A DNA stretch of 64,000 nucleotides, from the NCBI GenBank assembly GCA_963737265.1, contig CAVTRY010000012.1, positions 32,001 to 96,000 on the forward strand. The letters run 5' to 3'. Below, one piece after another: positions 52,423 to 63,946 of the stretch. Every line of letters starts with the position of its first letter. The first letter of the stretch is position 1. A model generated the notes under the pieces. That model ran no database searches and was not told where the DNA came from. It saw only the letters and a list, made by a program, of their open reading frames with translations. This DNA is from an uncultured delta proteobacterium. Lineage in GTDB: Bacteria > Myxococcota_A > Polyangia > Fen-1088. The translations under genes were made by a program, and so were the position numbers.

Positions 52423-53025
52423 TCAGCGAGTTTCTTGACCAGGAACTCCACCCAGGCCGGGGTAGGTTGTGCCCTCGTAGAAACGCTTCAGGCACTCGCC
52501 CAGCTCCCACGCCTTGAGGTCGCCATCAACCACTACTGGTTTCCCAGTCGCTTGGTCGAGGTAGCTGTACGGATGCCCACGCTTCTCGAAGATCGCGTGG
52601 AAGAGCGCCGTCCAAGCGATAACCATCATCACGGAGAAGCCCTCGGTGCGAAACACCGTGGTTGGGTTGTTGTAGATCTGGAGGGCCAGCAGCGCCGACT
52701 GCCTCGCTTTGAGAAGAAGGGATTCGACCTCCGGCTTCAGGTGGGGTTTTCGAGGATCGGCGCTGATCTCGTCACGCTGGGACATGAGGCAGAGGAACTC
52801 ATCCATCGTGTAGCCGGAGACCCCGATGGCGCGGAGGACACGCCCCTCGCGCTTCACGAGCTTCACCCACTTTTTGGTCAGGTACGTAGTGACCGTGCCA
52901 CCTCTCCATCCTGTGGCAGCGACGAGTTCCTCCTTCGTAAAGGTTGCCGCGTTCCGCTCACGTTCCGTCAGGAAGACGTACGCCCTCTTGATGCGCTCGA
53001 ACGTTGGCGGATGACTGCCCAGCAT
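52423..53025 (-). pseudogene. DUF3644-domain protein with N-terminal wHTH-like region, 3'-truncated
   Basis: LLKARQSALLALQIYNNP...EGFSVMMVIAWTALFHAIF, WELGECL. Confidence 0.7.
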
Positions 53026-53067
53026 GCGGCATGGTTCACTCACGTGGCTAGGGCAGCGAACACCTTG

Positions 53068-53728
53068 TATGTAGTCGCGACACGCTTGTGCGCGCTGTTC
53101 CGACAGCGTCTTGTTGGCCTTGGCTTTCCCCACGTTGTCGGTGTGGCCCGAGATCTCGACGCGCGCGTCCTTCTTGTGGACCATGAAGTCGACCACCGTG
53201 TCGAGGCGCGGGAACGACTCGGGGCGGATCGTCGCCTTGGCGGTGTCGAAGTTGACCCCGTCCAGGATGAGAGGCTTCGGTTCGACCTCACGCTTGTAGC
53301 GCAGGGTCAGCTTGACGGATTGACTCGGTTCGTCCGCCACGGGAACCGTGGCCGCTATCTCCCGCCGACCGAGACCTCAGGTAGGTGATGTCGTATGTCT
53401 TGCCCACCGGCACCAGCACCTCCGCGTACCCCTCGCCGTCCGTCGGGTCGGTGTAGTATTTCGTCTTGTCCGGCCCGGTCAGAAAGATCACGACCCCCTT
53501 GACCGGCCCCTTGTCCTTGTCGACGACGAACAGCTTCATCGCCGCCTCGGTCCTCGTCGGCTTGATCTTCGATGCCGTGGCCCCGTGCGCCTGCTTGGCC
53601 GTGTGCGTGTCCTGAAGCTGGAATTCCTTCTTTTCGTCGGAGGCAGCGGGGGCCGGCGGGGCTGCGTACGCCGCGGTGGTGGCGGCTAGGACCATCGCGG
53701 CGATTGTCGTGTTCAAACGGTGATGCAT
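53068..53728 (-). pseudogene. OmpA-family protein, frameshifted and truncated
   Basis: Signal peptide, GVNFDTAKA, ISGHTDNVG, LSEQRA. Frameshift near 53370. Confidence 0.8.
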
Positions 53729-54240
53729 GGGGGAAGCCTCCGTCGGCAGAACTCTGCTCACTTGACGGTAACACGAAGGCGCAGTCGTGGTGGGGGCGAA
53801 AATTGTCGCGAAAATTGTCGACCAGAGAGCCGAGACGGGCTACCCCGGCGTAGACGATCGGGCCAATGGGCCGCGAAGAGATCGCCTTGACCGCGATCCC
53901 GGCTCTCGGCAAGGGCTTGGGAAGCCAAGCAGTTGAGCCTGCTGGGGACCGCGCTTCACTCGCTCGTCGTGGTGCCATACCGAGCGATCGTCTCGACTCA
54001 CCATCACCTCGCCATGCGAGCCAGGAGAAACCGCTCGAGATCACGAAGATTTTGGCGGATCCAGTTTCGGCACAGGATGGGCGGAAGTTGCTTTCTCTTA
54101 ACGTCGGACTTCTGATGAAGCCACCTGGTGGCCGGCACGAGCGTAGTCTTCCCCTGCCGCACCATGGGCGAGTCTTTCCACCGCGGTAAGGGGACAGTTT
54201 GGCCGCGCAGTTGGCCGGACGCTGCCCCCGTCGAAAGTGG

Positions 54241-54836
54241 TCAGAACTGCATGTAAAGGATATCCAGCGAGATCTCGTTACGATGCTCGTGTTGGGTCCA
54301 AATATGGCGATACACCAAGGCGAATAGCCCCAAACTCATGTAGTAGTTCTCCGCCATGGTCTTCATCAACGGCTGAAGGCCCGCCCCAACAAAACCCCCA
54401 GCTCCGTCGGTGGCCATAAGCCCTCCTGCCTCTGTCAAAAGGCCCAGCAAATGCCAGTTGAAGGTCCAGCGCGTTCCTATCAGACTGCGGTATTCCCTCT
54501 CGCCCAGGCGAATCTGTGGCTCCACGAATATGGACGGCCAGACCACCGAATTCTCGTCGGGTGGGTCTGCGAAGAATCTGCGCACGCTGACGTGCACGGG
54601 CCATGACAGGACCGCTCTGACAGGCTTGGTCAACTCCAATCGCAGATCCGGGATGCCGACTTCCAAGGCTGCCAAGACCCCGTTGGCAACCCCGTTCAGC
54701 CCACTCATGTCGGACTGGGCCGCAGCTTGCGGAGGAACAAGGAGCACCCCCATCACCAAGAGCAGCAGGAACCGGCGGCGAGCCGCGTGTCGCGAGCAAT
54801 CTGGGTATTGGGCGTTGTGAAGGTGATGGTACCGCA
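54241..54836 (-). CDS. Hypothetical exported protein
   Basis: Signal-like LLLLVMGVLLVPPQAAA, beta-rich body, terminal F. Start uncertain. Confidence 0.45.
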
Positions 54837-54899
54837 TAGATCGCCGCGTTGAGAATACTCCCCTGCTGGTCGAGGAGTCGAGGGTGGTGCCAGAAAAAT

Positions 54900-55830
54900 G
54901 GCCGGCCAAGCCAGCGATGCCGTTGGTCAGGCCGGCTACGGCAGGCTCAGCGGCGGGTGCTTCCAAAGTCCCTCGTGCTTGAAGCTGATCCACACGAAGC
55001 GCCAGGCGCGGGGCTTGGGTGGCAAGCCAAAGCCCCAGCACCAGCAAGGTCGCCTGGTAGGCCCAGGCGGGCAGCGACACCATCCACGGACGGGGCAAGA
55101 TCCCGGCCACGCGATCCTGGCTCCACACCAATGCATCGAAGGCGCGCGGGCCGCCGGACACGTTGGTGGGCGGGCGCATGAAGCGCAGGCTGGTGAAGTC
55201 GGCGAACCAAGCGACCAAGCACAGTCCAAGGCCGACCCCCGCGGCGATTTGTCCAGCGTTGTAGTGGCTGGGCGACAGCACCCGACGGTTGCGCCAACCT
55301 AGGCCCAACAAGCACGCCATGATTCCGATGGTGGAGAGATCGCCGACGGGAAGTAGGCACAGGCACAACAGGAACCATTGATAGGCCCGCAATGGCGCAA
55401 GCCCGGATTTGCCGAGACGCCAAGAACTGATGGCCAAGATCATCACCAGCATTCCCCACTCGATCACGGGCCCCTGGCTTGGTCCTGCAACCCCGCCGAT
55501 CCAACGCTTGTTTCCCGTCAGATCCCACCCCACCTGATGGTTCACCGACGGCAACCCCAGAGCCACCTCGGGGGTTCGGAAGAATGGCGCTCGAAATCGT
55601 GCTTGCCGGGTGGGATGGCCAAGCGCAAGGCAACCCCGTCCCGCGCGATGGCTTGTGTGGCTCCATCACGAACAATCGATTCCACCACCGCGCCCAGGGG
55701 TAGCCGTATCTGGTGTTCCGTGCCCCGGCTGGCGCGAAGGGTGATCGCCAGCTTCGAGGAGAGCAAGCGCGCGCCCGGTGCGAGCGCCAGTGTGGAGCCA
55801 TCGATGGTCAGCGATTGGCCTGGGGCGCCT
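54900..55830 (-). pseudogene. Frameshifted C-terminal fragment of a large membrane protein
   Basis: LRASRGTEHQIRLP, RWIGGVAGPSQGPVIEW, PLRAYQWFLL, PRPWMVSLP in shifting frames. Confidence 0.5.
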
Positions 55831-55859
55831 AGATTTCCGAATCACTGCCAAGTCGTGGA

Positions 55860-56055
55860 TGCCGGGCTCTACACCAACAATCACTGCGTTCGCCATCCCA
55901 ACCGCGGCCAGCCGGCCGGCCAACATCACGCTTGGCCCGGACGGCAACCTCTGGTTCGTGGAGTACCAGAGCAGCAAGATTGGGCGCATCACGCCGGCTG
56001 GCGACATCGCCGAATTCTCCATCCCAACCGAGAACTGCTACCCAGAGCGCATCCG
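55860..56055 (+). pseudogene. Virginiamycin B lyase-like beta-propeller fragment
   Basis: ITLGPDGNLWFVEYQSSKIGRITPAGDIAEFSIPT. Confidence 0.7.
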
Positions 56056-56322
56056 TCTCCCCGGCCCCGCTAACCGCCCCACCCCACCCAAGAGTTGGTG
56101 GGGCACGTGGGGGGCTCCCCATTCTCCCCACTGAACGAACATTCCCGAACGCCTGGGACAACTGATCTCCGGCGTGCAAGTGGCCGGAATGGCTCGTGTT
56201 CTCGGCAGACATCACTGCCCGCTCCGAAAACGCTGGCCCACTCCCCCTGTTCTATCCTTGTCGCCCCAGACCACGGAATCGTACAGATAGCCAACACACG
56301 GGTGTCCTATACTCCACGGCCG

Positions 56323-57624
56323 ATGCCAAACCTAAGCAATCGTCGAATGGTGCTATTTCTCGTGGCGGTCGTCGGGGGAGCCGGTGTCTTTCCGTCGCCG
56401 GCGGCATTGGCCGGGGAGAATTCCCCAACCTCAGCGGTAGGGTTCGTGCCCGAGAGCCGCGGTCTGCTGACCGTGTTGCCGAAAGGAGAGGGCCGTGTGT
56501 TCAGTGACAAAGCGGGTGGAACGGTGGTCGGAAAGCTGGGCCGCAAGCGCATCAGGCTCCACGATGGAGACCCGGTCCAGTTCGTGGACGACAACAGTGG
56601 CATCGGAATGGGCGAGGACACGTTCGCGGAAGTGGTCTTCAATGCACAAAGGGTGACGGTCCCCAATCAAAACATCATCGTGGAGGATCGACTGAGCCGG
56701 TCGCCAGATGGGACCTGGGCCGTTTTCAGCGGCTTCGTTTCCTGTGTCGATTTCTGCTACGCCAGTGGATGGCTGCTGAGCGCGAATACGCGCATCCGTC
56801 TATCCGAGAGGAGCTTCGGTCCTGATCTGACGGTTGCCTGGCGTAGCGATGGCAAAGAGGTTGCGGTCGGCAGCCGCAGCCTCTTCCTGGTGTCGCTGCC
56901 CGACGGAAAGGTGACGTCTTCCTCTGAATTCACGAGCCCGACGTACGCACCCTCCGGGCGGCTTTTCGTTCGCGGTAACGCAGAGAGCGACGATGCGGTG
57001 TACGAATGGAGCACCGAAGGCAAGCCGCGCAAGGTCCTGGTGGTACCCGGAAGTCCGCCCGTGATGGAGACGGATACCGACCCGGGGGATCCTAGGGCGG
57101 TCACGTTCGCACGCAGTGGGGCATTGACCGCGGAATTCGAGCGTAACGACACGGTCCGCCGACGTACCGTCGCCGCTGGTGACATAGGCAGAAACCTCGA
57201 CGGCCGATCCACGCCCCGCCCCCCGACTCTCGACCAGGCCTTGAAACTGATCGACGAGCCGACATGGCCGCCGGCCACCGCGTCGACGACTGCGCTCGAG
57301 GAGTGTGTGCGTAGCCCCGCGTTCGCACACGAGTTGGCCGTTGCTGCCAATACGCGTGGCTATCGCCTGTTTCAGGATGGCAAGCTGGACGATGCGATTC
57401 CTCTGTTCGACGCAGCGGTCACTCTAGACGGCAAGTACGGGATGCCTCGCTTCAATCTGGCCCGCATCTATGCTCTGCGTGGAAATGCTCCCGAAAGCGT
57501 CGTCTACCTACGCATGCTCAAGGTCATGGGGAAGGCTCAACGCGATAGGCTGAATCGGGCCCGCAACGACAGTGCATTCGAAAAGATCGCCAATAGTCCT
57601 GAGTTCCAGGCACTCTTTCACTAG
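56323..57624 (+). CDS. Exported protein with beta-propeller-like region and C-terminal TPR
   Basis: Signal peptide, SPDG/RSDG repeats, NTRGYRLF...RFNLARIYALRG, DSAF...EFQAL. Confidence 0.7.
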   Translation: MPNLSNRRMVLFLVAVVGGAGVFPSPAALAGENSPTSAVGFVPESRGLLTVLPKGEGRVFSDKAGGTVVGKLGRKRIRLHDGDPVQFVDDNSGIGMGEDTFAEVVFNAQRVTVPNQNIIVEDRLSRSPDGTWAVFSGFVSCVDFCYASGWLLSANTRIRLSERSFGPDLTVAWRSDGKEVAVGSRSLFLVSLPDGKVTSSSEFTSPTYAPSGRLFVRGNAESDDAVYEWSTEGKPRKVLVVPGSPPVMETDTDPGDPRAVTFARSGALTAEFERNDTVRRRTVAAGDIGRNLDGRSTPRPPTLDQALKLIDEPTWPPATASTTALEECVRSPAFAHELAVAANTRGYRLFQDGKLDDAIPLFDAAVTLDGKYGMPRFNLARIYALRGNAPESVVYLRMLKVMGKAQRDRLNRARNDSAFEKIANSPEFQALFH

Positions 57625-57668
57625 AGAAGCCGCATTGCTCGGGCTGCTCTCATTCGCAGGGTGGATAC

Positions 57669-58136
57669 ATGAGAAACCTCACGCAAGCCGCTATTGAGAA
57701 CTGGATGCAACCGCCAATGGATCGCCCCTACGAAGAGCTGCTGGAAAAGTATGTCGCCGAGCTGCGGGTCGCGCGCGACGCCGCCCGCGAGTGGTGGGAC
57801 GGACTGCTGCGCGCCGAAGACCCGGATCCGGTCAGCGCCCACACCCAGGTCAGGCTGCGGTGGCCCGCCGGTCCGGCGACCTTTCCGCGCGTGATCCACA
57901 TGTATCGAAAGTTCTATCTCCGATGTGAGGCGCTCAACGACGAGCGCGAGGCGGAGCCAGGAGACCAACCTGCCGCAGCGTGGGGCGAGACCGACGACGA
58001 CAGCGGGCCTGGGACCATCCCCCCGCAAGGGCTCTTGCTCGACAGCCTGGAGGCCGTCGATCCCGAGCTCAGCGAGTTCATGAGCGGATTTGTGTTTTCG
58101 CCCATTGGCATCGACGAGAAAGGCAAGGGCGCCTGA
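57669..58136 (+). CDS. Hypothetical protein (paralog 1)
   Basis: 155-aa ORF with AGGGTGG upstream. Shares motifs with the next ORF. Confidence 0.65.
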   Translation: MRNLTQAAIENWMQPPMDRPYEELLEKYVAELRVARDAAREWWDGLLRAEDPDPVSAHTQVRLRWPAGPATFPRVIHMYRKFYLRCEALNDEREAEPGDQPAAAWGETDDDSGPGTIPPQGLLLDSLEAVDPELSEFMSGFVFSPIGIDEKGKGA

Positions 58137-58137
58137 G

Positions 58138-58577
58138 ATGCCGTTTGCACCCACCCACAGCATTCCGCGCGGCCTGCACTGCCTGCTGAAGGCTCCCCAG
58201 GACGTGCCGGTGCGCGATCCCGTGCCGTGGCGCGAGCCGCCGGTCCCCCACGCGGCGGCCTTGCCGCAGCATCAGTCGCTGTTCGCCGAATACAAAGAGC
58301 TTCTGGCGGAGGCCATGGACATCGCCGAGGGTTGGTGGGACGGCATGCTGGAAGCCGCGCGCGACCGCGGCCTGGGCGCCGCCGACGCCGCCAAGGAGGT
58401 GTCTTCTCTGGTGTTCGCAGGGCCGGCCGCGCGCGGCGAGGTGGTGTGGACGGTGCGCACGTTCTGGCTCCGCTGCGTCGCTGTCAACCGCGAGGTCGAG
58501 CCAGCAATGCGGGTGCCGCCTCATGTCCTGTTGCTCGGCTGGCTCGTCGACGACGGCCAGGATCGCTGGGTCGCCGC
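58138..58577 (+). pseudogene. Hypothetical protein (paralog 2), 3' end fused to a serine hydrolase fragment
   Basis: WWDG, AGPA, FWLRC, PPHVLLL. Junction at GCCTGGGCCC. Confidence 0.6.
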
Positions 58578-59299
58578 CTGGGCCCGCCCGTGCGGCTACG
58601 CGTTCTCGAGCGTGGTGGACTACGCCAAGTTCGTACAGTTCCTCTACGCTGGGAACGCATCGGTACTGGCAGACAGCGAGCGCGCGGCGATGCAATCCCC
58701 TCAGGTCAACACGCTCGACATTGGCGGCGTCGAGGCCGATCTCGAGAGTTACGGCTTCGGCCTCGTCGTCGATCGCGAGTTCCAAGTCGGCGACAGTGCC
58801 TACGTCACCAAGCTCGTATGGCACAACGGCAGTCTCCCCGGCTTTACGAGCTGGTTTTACCTTGTGCCGTCGACCGGATTCGGGATGGTATGGTTCGCCA
58901 ATGCCGACCAGGTGGAGTTCGCCACGTCTGTCGCCCTCGCGCTGGAGAGCTTCGCCGGGATTGACCAACCCCACCTCATCGCCGCCAGCGGGCCTCGCGG
59001 TCGACTCGAGTCTCTTTCCAAGCTACGCCGGAACCTACGACGACCCGAACGGAACTGGCTTGATCACGGTCACGGCAAACGGGGCAACGCTGTCGATCGA
59101 CATCCCCACGTTTGATGCCGCGAACACAGCGTACGACCACACATTGCAGCCGACCTCGATGGACAACTTCATCGTGACTGTGCAAGGCAGCCCGCTCCCA
59201 CTCACCTTCATCGCCGATTCGACTGGGGCCTACGTGTGGATCCGCACCCGGATCGCCGTGGCGAAACGGGTATTGAACAACGGGGGAACGGCCCCCTAG
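58575..59299 (+). pseudogene. Serine hydrolase C-terminal half
   Basis: SSVVDYAKF, YGFGL, WHNGSLPGF. Frameshift near 58960-58990. Confidence 0.8.
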
Positions 59300-60891
59300 G
59301 TTCGTCGAGTGCGACGGCGAAGGAAGGCCAGAACGCCGAGGGAAAGCAAACCAAGGATCGCCGATCGCCGGTCTGAAACACCCGCGCCGACGGCGAAGGA
59401 ACAAGCCAGGGGCTCGCGAGAATAGGCTGAGTTGTCGGCGTAGCTTCCTGACTGCATGTTGTTCTCCAGCGCCAGAACATTGCTGGCTTCGGTCGACAAG
59501 TCGGCGTCTTCGAGTGTGGCCGACTCCGATAGCAGCATGGTTCGCGTTCGCTCAAGCAGCGCGGTCGCGCTGTCGACAGCTCCGCTGCGGTTCCAGTAGG
59601 TCTGGCACGCCTGATTTTCAGCCAGGGCCGTGTTGACCAGCGCAACCGTCTTCCGCACCGCACGCTGCGAGTAGAAGATCGTGTCGTCGGCCAGCGGCGC
59701 GCTGGATGAATAGGCGGCCTCAAGGGACTGACGGACCGGGATCGCGCTGCCAGGCGGACTATAAGAAAGACTGAGCTCCGCCAGTGGGCATTGCCCCGCC
59801 GGCCAGGCTCGGTTGACCGGGTCGAGGCGCACCACGATGGCGCCGTGATTCGTAGATAGGAACACGGTGGGAACGGAGAGCTGCACCGTGGTGCTGCCCG
59901 TGCGCCATGCTGAGACACCGTAGACGTTGGTGATTGCGAACCCGGCCGCCGGACTGAGTTGAAACGTCAAATCATACGCCAGCGGCGTCACCAGATAATC
60001 GAAATTGGCATCGAAGATGGTCGCAATCGTGGCGGCATCCTTTAGGAAGAAGTAGTTTCCGCCACGAATCGACGTAATGGCCAGCGCGAGATCCTGATTG
60101 AGATCGGTGCCCACGCCAAACAACGTCAGGCCGATGTTCTGGGCCGCGTCGCTGGTGGCTATCTGGATGAAGGTGGCCTGATCCGTGTCACCGGTGTTGG
60201 TTTCGGCGTCGGTGAAGACCATCACACGGTTGGAGATCCCAGTCTGCCCGGCAAAGGCTTGCACCAGCGCCGAGCCCTGGCGCAGCCCCGCAGCCAGATC
60301 CGTCGCCCCGCGCGCCGCGATTTGGCCGACCGCTGCCTTGAGCGCCGTCTTGTCGCCAACCGGCGTCGACTCGACGAGGACGTCGACGCGATCGTCGAAC
60401 TCCACGATGGAAAGACGATCGCCTTCGCCAAGCTGGTCGATTAGACTATCCAATGCCGTTTTGACGGCGTCGAGCTTACTGCCCGCCATCGAGCCGGATC
60501 GATCCACGACCACCGAAAGATTGAGGAAGGGGCGTTGAAAGGTCGCCGGGTCGATGCCGGAGGAAAAGCCAATTTGCACGAACACCGCCGAGCGGTCCTC
60601 GGTCAGAACCGGCGCCACACCGTACGCGGCATCGATACAAAGGTCTTGCTGGCAACCGAGGGTCTCCAGCGGGAGGTCGTACTGGTTGAGCAGCCCCTCG
60701 ACGGTGAAGGCATCGGGCTGCGGAACCAGTCCTTGCTGCACCTGGCCACTGGCGAGGCCGTTGTCCTGTGCGCCACCCGGCGTGGCGCCCATGCTACTTC
60801 CCGCAGCGCCGGAGCAACCTGCCCCGAGCGCGGCCACCATGCCGAACGTGCAAAAAGCGGAAACGGTACCAAGCAGCGATCTTTTCAACAT
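59296..60891 (-). CDS. VWA-domain lipoprotein
   Basis: LGAGC lipobox, VVDRSGSM MIDAS, FTDA, MYXO-CTERM-like tail (ACS...[14 protein letters not shown]). Confidence 0.88.
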   Translation of the reverse strand: MLKRSLLGTVSAFCTFGMVAALGAGCSGAAGSSMGATPGGAQDNGLASGQVQQGLVPQPDAFTVEGLLNQYDLPLETLGCQQDLCIDAAYGVAPVLTEDRSAVFVQIGFSSGIDPATFQRPFLNLSVVVDRSGSMAGSKLDAVKTALDSLIDQLGEGDRLSIVEFDDRVDVLVESTPVGDKTALKAAVGQIAARGATDLAAGLRQGSALVQAFAGQTGISNRVMVFTDAETNTGDTDQATFIQIATSDAAQNIGLTLFGVGTDLNQDLALAITSIRGGNYFFLKDAATIATIFDANFDYLVTPLAYDLTFQLSPAAGFAITNVYGVSAWRTGSTTVQLSVPTVFLSTNHGAIVVRLDPVNRAWPAGQCPLAELSLSYSPPGSAIPVRQSLEAAYSSSAPLADDTIFYSQRAVRKTVALVNTALAENQACQTYWNRSGAVDSATALLERTRTMLLSESATLEDADLSTEASNVLALENNMQSGSYADNSAYSREPLACSFAVGAGVSDRRSAILGLLSLGVLAFLRRRTRRT

Positions 60892-61082
60892 GGCCAGCAC
60901 CCGTACAAGTTGTGGTTGAGTCTTGGCCCTAGCGAAAAACGAGCCAAGGCGGCTTACGTTCGAGCGGTTCTCACGATTCGGGCCATAAATGCGGAATTCA
61001 CGAAATCCCAAGGCAACCAGCGCAGATTGTTACGCGACAGCTCCAGGACAAGACTGTCGCGCTCGGCGGTCGGACTGGACGC

Positions 61083-62591
61083 CTAAGCGCCGGTCGCCGC
61101 AGTTTCCACGTCCGAGGCCAGCATTGCCGACCTGGCAACCGGCAACAGGATGGTGAAGGTGGTTCCCCCACTTTGGGGACAATCCACCTCGATGCGCCCG
61201 CCGTGCTCGCCGATGATCTGCTGAACCAACGCCAGACCAAGACCGGTTCCTTTGGCTTTAGTGGAAAAGAATGGCTCGAAGATGTTGGCGAGGTTTTCGG
61301 ATGCAATGCCCGGGCCGCTATCGGCCAACACCAGCCGCACCTGTCCTTCAGGGGTTCTGCCGACGTCGACGTGAATTTGGCCGCCGCTCGGCATGGCCTC
61401 CTTGGCATTGCGTACCAGATTGAGCAGCGCCTGGCGCAGTTGGCTTTCGTCCGCCGCCACCTCGGGCAAGTTCGGCTCGATACGGATGTCCAAGGCGATT
61501 CCGGCCAAGGTCAATTCACCGCGCGAAAACTCCAGCACCGACGTTGCAATGGCCCCAAGATCCTCGCGCTCGACCTTGGGCTTGGGCAGGCGCACGAAGC
61601 GCAGATAGGTTTCGGTAATCTCGCTCAGCCGGTCGATCTCGTTGCCGATGGAGGTGACGAGCTTGCGCGCTTCCTGATTGTCCGCGCCTACTTCATCGGC
61701 CAGCAGCTCGACGTTGAGCCCGAGCGAGGCGAGCGGGTTTCTGATCTCGTGGGTGATATGCGAAGCCATGCGGCCCACCGTGGCCAGCCGCTCGGAACGA
61801 ATGAGCCGGTGCTCGCGCTCTTCGATGGCGGCGGCCATGGCGTCGAACTCGCGCGCCAGGTCGCCGATTTCGTCGCGCGAAGCGATGCCGGTGCGCCGGG
61901 CGTAGTCGCCGCCCGCAATCTGCCGCGCATGTTCGCGCAGCACATTGAGCGGACGCAGCGTGCGCACCATCAGCAGGGCCGCGCCGACCGCCAACAGCAG
62001 GCCAAGACCGCTGAGCACGAAGGCTATCTCCACCGCGCGGCGCTCGTTGTCGGACAGCTGTTCGGCTATCTGCTTGCCCTGGCCGCGCAGGTTGTTCTTG
62101 AGGCCGTGAAACCGGCTGAGTAGGTTGGCCAGGCTTCGATCGGCTTCGTTGCTGTCGCCCGCCGCCAGCTCACTGTTGCCGAGGGCCGCGGCGGCGCCTA
62201 CCACGCGCGCGTCGAGCTCGGCGATGTCGCGCTTGTAGCCGCCAAACTCGTCCCGCCTTGAGGGATTCGGCTCCTCCTTGAAATAGCGATCGATGGCGTC
62301 GAGAGCGTCCCGCAGATACTGCCTCGACGCGACAACGCCATTCTGTGCCGCCACCCGACTGGTGAGGCCGAGGGTCGAGCCGCTCCCCTCGGCCGCGCGC
62401 ATCTTGGCAAAATCCTCCATTGAGCGCAGCGATGCGTCGACCGCGACCTGGACCTCCAGGCGGCGCTGATTCGCGGTCAACTCCTGTCTTCCCCGGCGCA
62501 GATAAAGCAGGGTGAAGAGGCTGCTGGCGGCGAGCATTCCCAGCAAGACGGCGTACGCGATGAGGATCTTTTCCGACACGCCAAGCCGCAT
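61083..62591 (-). CDS. HAMP-domain sensor histidine kinase
   Basis: Two TMs, [29 protein letters not shown]. Confidence 0.93.
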   Translation of the reverse strand: MRLGVSEKILIAYAVLLGMLAASSLFTLLYLRRGRQELTANQRRLEVQVAVDASLRSMEDFAKMRAAEGSGSTLGLTSRVAAQNGVVASRQYLRDALDAIDRYFKEEPNPSRRDEFGGYKRDIAELDARVVGAAAALGNSELAAGDSNEADRSLANLLSRFHGLKNNLRGQGKQIAEQLSDNERRAVEIAFVLSGLGLLLAVGAALLMVRTLRPLNVLREHARQIAGGDYARRTGIASRDEIGDLAREFDAMAAAIEEREHRLIRSERLATVGRMASHITHEIRNPLASLGLNVELLADEVGADNQEARKLVTSIGNEIDRLSEITETYLRFVRLPKPKVEREDLGAIATSVLEFSRGELTLAGIALDIRIEPNLPEVAADESQLRQALLNLVRNAKEAMPSGGQIHVDVGRTPEGQVRLVLADSGPGIASENLANIFEPFFSTKAKGTGLGLALVQQIIGEHGGRIEVDCPQSGGTTFTILLPVARSAMLASDVETAATGA

Positions 62592-62704
62592 GATCCAGCT
62601 ACGCTAGCACAGGCACAGCGCGCCATGGAACCATCGGAGACGTCACATCAATATCGCGTGCGCATTGACATTACCCATGGCCTGGGAAAACATCGTGAGG
62701 ACCA

Positions 62705-63946
62705 ATGGGAAAAACTCCGCTCCGAGCATCTTCTTTGGCTGCGCTTGGAATTTTTGTCGGTTTGCTTTCCGTGAGCCAGGTGGCCATCGCCGGCGACACA
62801 ACCATCTCGGTCCTCGGTCTAGAGGCGGCGGCTGGCGCTCCCGAGCAAGTCGCCACCGCCGTCACCGACACCCTCCGCCAGCGTGTCGCTTCAGCGCCCG
62901 GTTTTCGGCTGGTGCAGGGCCGAGACCTGGTCGAGGTGAAGCTGGTCTTTAGCTGCCCCGACGAGGCCCCGGCCTGCATGACCCAGGCCGCACAAAGCAT
63001 CGGATCGTCGAAGATCATCTTCGGCAACGTGCAACCTGTCGGCACCGATGCGTATCTCGTCACCCTCAAGCTTCTAGATGCCGAGCGCGGCGTGGTCGAG
63101 ACCTGGATTTCCGAGCAGGTCACCACGGCGCAAACCAATGCCATCGCGTTGCGCGTGCCGGTACAGAAATGGTTTGCAACGCTGACCGGACAATCGTCGC
63201 CCGGAGCCATCAAAGTCACGGGCGGGGTGGTGGGGGCGACGGTGTCGATCGATGGCGTCCAGGCCGGCTTGCTGGCGGCCGACGGGCTGACCATTGCCGG
63301 CGTCGCGGCGGGTCCTCATCAACTCGCAGTCACCAAGGCCGGGTACGAGAAGGCCGAACGAGCCGTGACCTTGGCCTCTGGCGGTCTGGAGAAGGTTGTC
63401 ATTCAAATGAAACCCATCGAAGTACCCATCGCGGCGGCACCCGAGGCCGCACCGACCGCCGAACCGGCCGGCCCTGCGGCGACCGAGTCCGAGCCCTTGC
63501 CGCCTTCCCAAGCCTCAAATCAGGGCCCGCGAGTCGGAGCGTGGGCACTGCTCGGTCTCGGCATGGTCAGCGTCGGTCTGGGCGGTTACTTCAGCTACAA
63601 AGTCACGGTGGTCAACAGCAATCTGGATATTTATCGCCGCTATCCATGCCCGGGCACCGGCGCGCAAACTTGCAACGCCGACGGCACGCAGAATTCTGTC
63701 ATTCTCAAACCAGCGGATATCGCCTACGTTCAGAGCGAACAAAACACAGGCAACAACTTCGCCAAGCTGCAATGGGTGGGCTACGGCGTGGGAGGCGTGC
63801 TGCTGGTGACCTCGGGCGTGCTCTTCTACCGCGGCTATTTCGCCAAACCTACGCAGGAAGCGTCCAACAAGCGGCGCACCAACCTGATCGTGCTGCCCGC
63901 CTTTGCCCCGGATAGCGTGGGCGCCATGGCCTTCCTGCGCTTCTAG
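62705..63946 (+). CDS. PEGA-domain exported protein
   Basis: Signal peptide, GATVSIDG...AGPHQLAVTKAGY, C-terminal TM helices. Confidence 0.85.
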   Translation: MGKTPLRASSLAALGIFVGLLSVSQVAIAGDTTISVLGLEAAAGAPEQVATAVTDTLRQRVASAPGFRLVQGRDLVEVKLVFSCPDEAPACMTQAAQSIGSSKIIFGNVQPVGTDAYLVTLKLLDAERGVVETWISEQVTTAQTNAIALRVPVQKWFATLTGQSSPGAIKVTGGVVGATVSIDGVQAGLLAADGLTIAGVAAGPHQLAVTKAGYEKAERAVTLASGGLEKVVIQMKPIEVPIAAAPEAAPTAEPAGPAATESEPLPPSQASNQGPRVGAWALLGLGMVSVGLGGYFSYKVTVVNSNLDIYRRYPCPGTGAQTCNADGTQNSVILKPADIAYVQSEQNTGNNFAKLQWVGYGVGGVLLVTSGVLFYRGYFAKPTQEASNKRRTNLIVLPAFAPDSVGAMAFLRF

